Positions 54,823 to 63,985 of a DNA stretch of 64,000 nucleotides are shown here, piece after piece. The DNA comes from Eledone cirrhosa (lineage: Eukaryota). Positions within the stretch are counted from its first letter, which is position 1. Each line of letters begins with the position of its first letter. The notes under the pieces are model-generated. The model saw only the letters and a program-made list of their open reading frames with translations, made no database searches and was not told where the DNA came from. Made by a program: the position numbers and the translations under genes. The stretch is from NCBI GenBank assembly GCA_964016885.1, contig OZ024740.1, forward strand, positions 29,822,001 to 29,886,000. The letters run 5' to 3'.

Positions 54823-55239
54823 CCTCAGTCTCACCATACATCACCTCAGTCTCACCATACATTACCACATATAAGTCTCACCATACATTACCACAGTCTC
54901 ACCATACATTACCACAGTCTCACCATACATTACCACATATAAGTCTCAACATACATCACCACAGTCTCACCATACATTACCACATATAAGTCTCCACCAT
55001 ACATTACCACATATAAGTCTCACCATACATTACCACATATAAGTCTCACCATACATCTCCACATATAAGTCTCACCATGCATCACCACATATAAGTCTCA
55101 CCATACATCCCCACAGTCTCACCATACATTACCACATATAAGTCTCACCATACATCACCACAGTCTCACAATACATTACCACATATAAGTCTCACCATAC
55201 ATTACCACATAAGTCTCACCATACATTACCACAGTCTCA

Positions 55240-58200
55240 CCATACATTACCACATATAAGTCTCACCATACATTACCACAGTCTCACCATACATTACCAC
55301 ATATAAGTCTCACCATACATCACCACAGTCTCACCATACATTACCACATATAAGTCTCACCATACATTACCACATATAAGTCTCCACCATACATAACCAC
55401 AGTCTCACCATACATTACTACATATAAGTCTCCACCATACATTACCACAGTCTCACCATACATTACCACACATAAGTCTCACCATACATTACCACAGTCT
55501 CACCATACATTACCACATATAAGTCTCACCATACATCACTACAGTCTAACCATACATCACCACATATAAGTCTCACCATACATCACCACATAAGTCACAC
55601 CATACATTACCACATATAAGTCTCACCATACATTACCACATATAAGTCTCACCATACATCACCTAAGTCTCACCATACATTACCACATATTAGTTTCACC
55701 ATACATCACCACATAAGTTTCACCATATATTACCACACATAAGTCTCACCATACATCACCACAGTCTCACCATACATCACCACATATAAGTCTCATCATA
55801 CATTACCACAGTCTCACCATACATCACCACATATATGTCTCACCATACATCACCACAGTCTCACCATACATTACCACATATAAGTCTCACCATACATCAC
55901 CACAGTCTCACCATACATCACCACATATAAGTCTCATCATACATTACCACAGTCTCACCATACATCACCCCATATAAGTCTCACCATACATCACCACAGT
56001 CTCACCATACATTACCACATATAAGTCTCACCATACATCACTGCAGTCTCACCATACATCACCTCAGTCTCACCATACATTACCACATGTAAGTCTCACC
56101 ATACATTACCACAGTCTCACCATACATTACCACATGTAAGTCTCACCATACATTACCACAGTCTCACCATACATTACCACATATAAGTCTCACCATACAT
56201 CACCACAGTCTCACCATACATCACCACATATAAGTCTCACCATACATCACCACACTCTCACCATACATTACCACATATATGTCTCACCATACATCATCAC
56301 AGACGCACCATACATTACCACATATAAGTCTCACCATACATCACCACATAAGTCTCACCATACATTACCACATATAAGTCTCACTATACATTACCACTTA
56401 TAAGTCTCACCATACATCACCACAGTCTCACCATATATTACCACATATAAGTCTCACCATACATCACCACAGTCTCACAATACATTACCACATATAAGTC
56501 TCACCATACATCACCACAGTCTCACCATACATTACCACATATAAGTCTCATCATACATTACCACAGTCTCACCATACATTACCACATATAAGTCTCACCA
56601 TACATTACCACAGTCTCACCATACATTACCACATATAAGTCTCACCATACATTACCACATATAAGTCTCACCATACATCACCACAGTCTCACCATACATT
56701 ACCACATATAAGTCTCACCATACATCACCACATAAGTCTCAAAATACATTACCACTCATAAGTCTCACCATACATCACCACAGTCTCACCATACATTACC
56801 ACATATAAGTCTCACCATACATTAGCACATATAAGTCTCATCATACATTACCACAGTCTCACCATACATTACCACATATAAGTCTCATCATACATTACCA
56901 CAGTCTCACCATACATTACCACATATAAGTCTCATCATACATTACCACAGTCTCACCATACATTACCACATATAAGTCGCACCATACATCACCACAGTCT
57001 CACCATACATCACCACAGTCTCACTATACATTACCACATATAAGTCTCACCATACATTACCACATATAAGTCTCACCATACATTACCACAGTCTCACCAT
57101 ACATTACCACATATAAGTCTCACCATACATCACCACAGTCTCACCATACATTACCACATATAAGTCTCACCATACATTACCACATATAAGTCTCCACCAT
57201 ACATAACCACAGTCTCACCATACATTACTACATATAAGTCTCCACCATACATTACCACAGTCTCACCATACATTACCACACATAAGTCTCACCATACATT
57301 ACCACAGTCTCACCATACATTACCACATATAAGTCTCACCATACATCACTACAGTCTAACCATACATCACCACATATAAGTCTCACCATACATCACCACA
57401 TAAGTCACACCATACATTACCACATATAAGTCTCACCATACATTACCACATATAAGTCTCACCATACATCACCACAGTCTCACCATACATTACCACATAT
57501 AAGTCTCACCATACATCACCACATAAGTCTCACCATATATTACCACACATAAGTCTCACCATACATCACCACTGTCTCACCATACATCACCACATATAAG
57601 TCTCATCATACATTACCACAGTCTCACCATACATCACCACATATATGTCTCACCATACATCACCACAGTCTCACCATACATTACCACATATAAGTCTCAC
57701 CATACATCACCACAGTCTCACCATACATCACCACATATAAGTCTCATCATACATTACCACAGTCTCACCATACATCACCCCATATAAGTCTCACCATACA
57801 TCACCACAGTCTGACCATACATTACCACATATAAGTCTCACCATACATCACCGCAGTCTCACCATACATCACCTCAGTCTCACCATACATTACCACATGT
57901 AAGTCTCACCATACATTACCACAGTCTCACCATACATTACCACATGTAAGTCTCACCATACATTACCACAGTCTCACCATACATTACCACATATAAGTCT
58001 CACCATACATCACCACAGTCTCACCATACATCACCACATATAAGTCTCACCATACATCACCACACCCTCACCATACATTACCACATATATGTCTCACCAT
58101 ACATCATCACAGACGCACCATACATTACCACATATAAGTCTCACCATACATCACCACATAAGTCTCACCATACATTACCACATATAAGTCTCACTATACA

Positions 58201-58790
58201 TTACCACATATAAGTCTCACCATACATCACCACAGTCTCACCATATATTACCACATATAAGTCTCACCATACATCACCACAGTCTCACCATACATTACCA
58301 CATATAAGTCTCACCATACATCACCACAGTCTCACCATACATTACCACATATAAGTCTCATCATACATTACCACAGTCTCACCATACATTACCACATATA
58401 AGTCTCACCATACATTACCACAGTCTCAGCATACATTACCACATATAAGTCTCACCATACATTACCACATATAAGTCTCACCATACATCACCACAGTCTC
58501 ACCATACATTACCACATATAAGTCTCACCATACATCACCACATAAGTCTCAAAATACATTACCACTCATAAGTCTCACCATACATCACCACAGTCTCACC
58601 ATACATTACCACATATAAGTCTCACCATACATTAGCACATATAAGTCTCATCATACATTACCACAGTCTCACCATACATTACCACATATAAGTCTCATCA
58701 TACATTACCACAGTCTCACCATACATTACCACATATAAGTCTCATCATACATTACCACAGTCTCACCATACATTACCACATATAAGTCTC
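55240..58790. repeat. Higher-order tandem duplication, period 1810 bp, slightly diverged (boundaries approximate)
   Basis: AGACGCACCA at 56301/58111, ATTAGCACAT at 56821/58631 and TCTCCACCATACATAACC at 55381/57191. Several substitutions separate the copies (e.g. CTGCAG 56041 vs CCGCAG 57851). Confidence 0.87.
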
Positions 58791-60712
58791 ATCATACATT
58801 ACCACAGTCTCACCATACATTACCACATATAAGTCTCACCATACATTACCACATATAAGTCTCACCATACATCACCACAGTCTCACCATACATTACCACA
58901 TATAAGTCTCATCATACATTACCACAGTCTCACCATACATTACCACATATAAGTCTCATCATACATTACCACATATAAGTCTCACCATACATCAACACAG
59001 TCTCATCATACATTACCACATATAAGTCTCACCATACATCAACACAGTCTCACCATACATTACCACATATAAGTCTCACCATACATCACTACAGTCTCAC
59101 CATACATCACCACATATAAGTCTCACCATACATCACCACATAAGACTCACCATACATTACCACATATAAGTCTCCCCATACATTACCACATATAAGTCTC
59201 ACCATACATCACCACAGTCTCACCATACATTACCACATATAAGTCTCACCATACATCACCACATAAGTCTCACCATACATTACCACACATAAGTCTCACC
59301 ATACATCACCACATATAAGTCTCACCATACATCACCACAGTCTCACCATACATCACCACATATAAGTCTCACCATACATCACCACAGTCTCACTATACAT
59401 TACCACATATAAGTCTCACCATACATCACCACAGTCTCACCATACATTACCACAGTCTCACCATACATAACTTCATATAAGTCTCACCATACATTACCAC
59501 ATATAAGTCTCACCATACATCACCACATATAAGTCTCACCATACATTACCACATATAAGTCTCACCATACATTACCACATATAAGTCTCACCATACATCA
59601 CCACATATAAGTCTCACCATACATTACCACATATAAGTCTCACCATACATTACCACATATAAGTCTCACCATACATTACCACATATAAGTCTCACCATAC
59701 ATCACCACAGTCTCACCATACATTACCACATATAAGTCTCACCATACATTACCACAGTCTCACCATACATTACCACATATAAGTCTCACCTTACATCACC
59801 ACAGTCTCACCATACATTACCACATATAAGTCTCACCATACATCACCACAGTCTCACCATACATTACCACAGTCTCACTATACATTACCACATATAAGTC
59901 TTACCATATATCACCACATAAGTCTCAAAATACATTACCACACATAAGTCTCACCATACATCACCACAGTCTCACCATACATTACCACATATAAGTCTCA
60001 CCATACATCACCACAGTCTCACCATACATTACCACATATAAGTCTCACCATACATCACCTCAGTCTCACCATACATTACCACATATAAGTCTCACCATAC
60101 ATCACCACAGTCTCACCATACATTACCACATATAAGTCTCACCATACATCACCACATAAGTCTGACCATACATTACCACATATAAGTCTCCACCATACAT
60201 TACCACATATAAGTCTCACCATACATCACCACAGTCTCACCATACATTACCACATATAAGTCTCACCATACATCACCACATAAGTCTCACCATACATTAC
60301 CACATATAAGTCTCACCATACATTACCACATATAAGTCTCACCAGACATCACAACAGTCTCACCATACATTACCACATATAAGTCTCACCATACATCACC
60401 ACAGTTTCACCGTACATTACCACATATAAGTCTCAGCATACATCACCACAGTCTCACCATACATTACCACATATAAGTCTCACCATACATCACCACATAA
60501 GTCTCAGCATACATCACCACAGTCTCACCATACATTACCACATATAAATCTCACCATACATCACCATATAAGTCTCACCATACATCACCACATATAAGTC
60601 TCACCATACATCACCTCAGTCTCACCATACATCAGCACATATAAATCTCACCATACATCACCTCAGTCTCACCATACATTACCACATATAAATCTCACCA
60701 TACATCACCCCA

Positions 60713-61944
60713 GTCTAACCATATCTCTATATAAGTCTCACTATATCTCTATATAAGTCTCACCATATCTCTATATAAGTCTCACCATAGCTCTATATAA
60801 GTCTCACCATAGCTCTATATAAGTCTCACCATAGCTCTATATAAGTCTCACCATAACTCTATATAAGTCTCACCATAACTCTATATAAGTCTCACCATAG
60901 CTCTATATAAGTCTCACCATAACTCTATATAAGTCTCACCATAACTCTATATAAGTCTCACCATAACTCTATATAAGTCTCACCATAACTCTATATAAGT
61001 CTCACCATAGCTCTATATAAGTCTCACCATAGCTCTATATAAGTCTCACCATAGCTCTATATAAGTCTCACCATAACTCTATATAAGTCTCACCATAACT
61101 CTATATAAGTCTCACCATAACTCTATATAAGTCTCACCATAACTCTATATAAGTCTCACCATAGCTCTATATAAGTCTCACCATAACTCTATATAAGTCT
61201 CACCATAACTCTATATAAGTCTCACCATAACTCTATATAAGTCTCACCATAGCTCTATATAAGTCTCACCATAGCTCTATATAAGTCTCACCATAACTCT
61301 ATATAAGTCTCACCATAACTCTATATAAGTCTCACCATAACTCTATGTAAGTCTCACCATAGCTCTATATAAGTCTCACCATAACTCTATATAAGTCTCA
61401 CCATAGCTCTATATAAGTCTCACCATAGCTCTATATAAGTCTCACCATAGCTCTATATAAGTCTCACCATATCTCTATATAAGTCTCACCATATCTCTAT
61501 ATAAGTCTCACCATATCTCTATATAAGTCTCACCATAGCTCTATATAAGTCTCACCATAGCTCTATATAAGTCTCACCATAGCTCTATATAAGTCTCACC
61601 ATAACTCTATATAAGTCTCACCATAACTCTATATAAGTCTCACCATATCTCTATATAAGTCTCACCATAACTCTATATAAGTCTCACCATAACTCTATAT
61701 AAGTCTCACCATAACTCTATATAAGTCTCACCATAGCTCTATATAAGTCTCACCATAGCTCTATATAAGTCTCACCATAGCTCTATATAAGTCTCACCAT
61801 AACTCTATATAAGTCTCACCATAACTCTATATAAGTCTCACCATAACTCTATATAAGTCTCACCATAACTCTATATAAGTCTCACCATAGCTCTATATAA
61901 GTCTCACCATAACTCTATATAAGTCTCACCATATCTCTATATAA
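60713..61944. repeat. 22-bp tandem satellite GTCTCACCATA(A/G/T)CTCTATATAA, 56 copies
   Basis: 1232 bp = 56 x 22 with no indels. Position 12 is A in 27, G in 21 and T in 8 copies. Only three other substitutions seen (units 1, 2 and 29). Confidence 0.99.
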
Positions 61945-61984
61945 GTCTCACCATACATAACTCCATGCAATTAACTCTCCATAC
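61945..61984. repeat. Degenerate terminal monomer(s) of the main satellite type marking the array border
   Basis: GTCTCACCATACATAACTCCATGCAATTAACTCTCCATAC. The first 14 nt equal the 21/26-mer head (CATACAT), not the 22-mer. Confidence 0.7.
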
Positions 61985-62204
61985 TTGTTTCTATTCTTTG
62001 TTTATTTTGTCTGTTTTCCTTTTAGTCTTCCTTCTCTTGTAAATCGAAGACATGTTTTTCCTTTCTGTGTTTCTATTTACCATTACAAATGGCGTGCTTG
62101 CTACGTGACTAATTTCTTACCCAATCTACCTGTAAAGTCATCCATCAAACGAACTTTAGTAACACTCGGTTACTCACTGAGGCAATAAATCATACGAACT
62201 AAGA

Positions 62205-62223
62205 TGTGTGTGTGTCTATATAC

Positions 62224-62275
<52 letters not shown>

Positions 62276-62441
62276 TATGTAATTTGTATATATATATATA
62301 TATATATATGCGGTATGTAATTTGTAGGTATATATATATATATATATTATATTATATATAAACATATTACATACCATATATATTTGTATATATGTACGTT
62401 CATATATATATTTGTATATATGTACATTGATATATATATAT
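62205..62441. repeat. Compound microsatellite / low-complexity tract: short (TG)n, (TA)21 at 62229-62270, and further interrupted (TA)n
   Basis: Read directly. Includes a direct duplication of TGCGGTATGTAATTTGTA (62271, 62309) and of CATATATA(TA)TTTGTATATATGTAC (62375, 62401). Confidence 0.95.
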
Positions 62442-62702
62442 GGACATTGGAGTCACAGACACATTCACTTCATCAGATAGTCAACAACCAACCAAATATT
62501 TTTCTTCCCTCTCGTTCACGAAGAGAATAAAATAAATAAATAACAAAATTCTATCAAGTTATTTCATACACATCTATGAGTACCAACGTATATTTTTATC
62601 TTTTAGTGCCACTATCTATATAAATCTAGCAGTGTGTAGGTCTGGGGAGCTGCTTGACTCGATATCTAACTATCTATTTGTCACTATTTCTATCTATTTA
62701 AC

Positions 62703-62717
62703 TATCTATTCTGTTTA
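62703..62717 (+). repeat. Left target-site duplication TATCTATTCTGTTTA (15 bp)
   Basis: Identical 15-mer at 63544-63558. The two copies exactly bracket the LINE-like sequence. Confidence 0.92.
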
Positions 62718-63308
62718 ACTCTAGGCGTAGAGGAGGACGAACTGGCCTGTCTGTTCGGTAGGACCTTCCGCCCGGGACTAATGGACAACTTCCAAAAGTC
62801 CCTGGCCTGGCAGTGCTACCGAGGAGCTCTACCAGTTCGAGACAAGCTCTACAGACACGGGCGCCCGGGTAGGGACCCTTCGAAAACCATCTGTCCGAGA
62901 TGCGTGCGCGACGAGGAAACCGTTGCGCACGCATTTGTACACTGCCCGGACATTACCGACCTGTGGGGCTATGTAAAACAACTATTGTCGCGGGTGGGAC
63001 CAATCCAGTTGACCACCGAGTCCATTGTCATGTTCAAACCACCACCCTCCTTCAAAAACGAGCCAGAGGCGGTTTTCCTATGTGTTATGGCTATGGTGAA
63101 AGAGGTTATATGTTGGATGAGGTTAAAAGGGCTGAGGTCAGACACCTTTCTCTCCGGCGAGCAACTTATTCGTGTTTTCAAATATCATTTTGGAAGAAGA
63201 ATCAGGATGGAGAGAGAGGTGCTGTACCCCAGCAAATTTTATAAAAGGTGGGTGAATGTGGCAAAGATAGCCCGAGTGGTTGGGCCTTCTCTCTATATAA
63301 GCCTGTAG
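62718..63308 (+). pseudogene. C-terminal fragment of LINE ORF2 (zf-RVT-like zinc-binding region); no RT or endonuclease domain present
   Basis: The frame is open from the 5' junction (TLGVEEDELACLFGRTFRPGL) through the listed ORF 62781-63308 to TAG. The motif WQCYRGALPVRDKL...CPRC-x8-H-x4-CP...LW is typical of L1/Tx1 ORF2 ends. The ATG at 62781 is most likely an internal Met. Confidence 0.85.
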
Positions 63309-63367
63309 ACTGAGGAAAAAGAGGAAGAGAGGAAGGGAGTACTCACTCTTGGTGCTTCTGGAGATGA

Positions 63368-63399
63368 GGGTTGTACATTTTTCGGGGTGTGTACAACCC
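63368..63399 (+). other. Perfect 10-bp stem-loop in the LINE 3' UTR (GGGTTGTACA-N12-TGTACAACCC)
   Basis: 63368-63377 is the exact reverse complement of 63390-63399. Confidence 0.75.
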
Positions 63400-63531
63400 C
63401 TGTGTAACGCCTCCCCCTATTGGTGATATCAATTGTTATTTGTTATTTGTTATTTTATTAAGTTTTATCTTCATATACCTGTATGTAAACTCCCCATTTG
63501 TATTTGTCCCCTTTTTTGTGCCCTTGTGGCT

Positions 63532-63537
63532 AATAAA
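63532..63537 (+). promoter_or_regulatory. Polyadenylation-type signal AATAAA at the LINE 3' end
   Basis: AATAAA followed by GAAATT and then the right TSD. Confidence 0.65.
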
Positions 63538-63543
63538 GAAATT

Positions 63544-63558
63544 TATCTATTCTGTTTA
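63544..63558 (+). repeat. Right target-site duplication TATCTATTCTGTTTA
   Basis: Identical to 62703-62717. Confidence 0.92.
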
Positions 63559-63759
63559 TGCACATGTGTTTATCTGGCTGAATGTTAGAATTGCCTGGAA
63601 CACCCATACTCTGATGGAGTCGAATCGGCATCCCTTGGGTACCATCTAAACATGCAGTCTATGTCTCTAAGGCTCGTCTGCCTATCTACCTATATGTCGA
63701 TTTGTCTATCTATATATCTATTTCTGCATGTACATATGTATCAATGTGTGTATGTACGA

Positions 63760-63762
<3 letters not shown>

Positions 63763-63802
<40 letters not shown>
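63763..63802. repeat. (CA)15(TA)5 microsatellite
   Basis: Read directly. Confidence 0.97.
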
Positions 63803-63985
63803 AGATTGGAGGCGGTAAAAACCAGTTAGACCATTACTCACCAGAGTACTCGATACTTGGGGTAGTAGAGTGGGTCATATGAAAAAATTCAGGACCCCGA
63901 CGGTTTCCTACCTCGCTTTACTACCCCAAGTATCGAGTACTCTGGTGAGTAATGGTCTAACTGGGTTTTACCGCCTCCAATCTGA
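63801..63985. mobile_element. MITE-like non-autonomous DNA transposon with long terminal inverted repeats, inserted in a (TA)n tract
   Basis: 63803-63870 and 63916-63983 are reverse complements at 66/68 positions (mismatches 63821/63965 and 63868/63918), with a 45-bp spacer. TA runs flank both sides, so exact termini are ambiguous by a few bp. Confidence 0.8.

Larger units (their letters stand above)
1..60712. repeat. Large tandem satellite array, variable-length monomer GTCTCACCATACAT(T/C)ACCACA[-/TAA/TATAA] (21/24/26 bp); continues beyond the left window edge
   Basis: The monomer is readable directly throughout, e.g. 21-mer at 59-79 and 26-mer at 80-105. A minor +1 C variant (GTCTCCACC, e.g. 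position 11) also occurs. Orientation is constant, with no inserted foreign sequence seen. About 2,500 monomers estimated from length divided by ~24 bp. Confidence 0.99.
62718..63543 (+). mobile_element. 5'-truncated non-LTR retrotransposon (L1/Tx1-like LINE), 826 bp
   Basis: GC content rises abruptly at 62718. Contains an ORF2-like C-terminus with CCHC zinc knuckle, then a 3' UTR with purine-rich and T-rich segments, and AATAAA 6 nt before the right TSD. The 15-bp TSD is perfect. Clade assignment is from motif recognition only. Confidence 0.88.

Noticed and set aside
1-60712. Canonical telomerase repeat or G-quadruplex array
   Set aside because: No TTAGGG/TTAGG units. The minus-strand consensus has only GG dinucleotides, and kb-scale copying of point variants indicates recombination-type amplification.
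1-61944. CRISPR-like array (21-26 bp repeats)
   Set aside because: Repeats are head-to-tail with no unique spacers, there are no cas genes, and the context is eukaryotic.
62121-62129. Possible 9-nt microexon on the minus strand (TTTACAG|GTAGATTGG|GTAAGA)
   Set aside because: Splice-like dinucleotide contexts are present, but the polypyrimidine tract is weak and no host gene is visible. Only RNA-seq junction reads could support it.
61985-62188. 67-aa Phe-rich ORF
   Set aside because: TTG start in a T-rich low-complexity border sequence with no recognisable domain.
62526-62543. AATAAAATAAATAAATAA as the tail of an older retroelement
   Set aside because: No TSD, pol III boxes or coding remnant recognised upstream; treated as simple A-rich sequence.
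62698-63244. Overlapping ORFs 62698-62934 (-), 62900-63244 (+) and 62969-63181 (-)
   Set aside because: Shadow frames of the GC-richer LINE coding fragment with no motifs.
63337-63344. GAGTACTC palindrome shared between the LINE 3' UTR and the MITE arms
   Set aside because: Only 8 bp with no flanking similarity, which is compatible with chance.
63371-63882. ORFs 63371-63649 and 63652-63882
   Set aside because: They run across the LINE 3' UTR/TSD junction and across (CA)n into the MITE (HTHTHT is the microsatellite), so they are chance frames.
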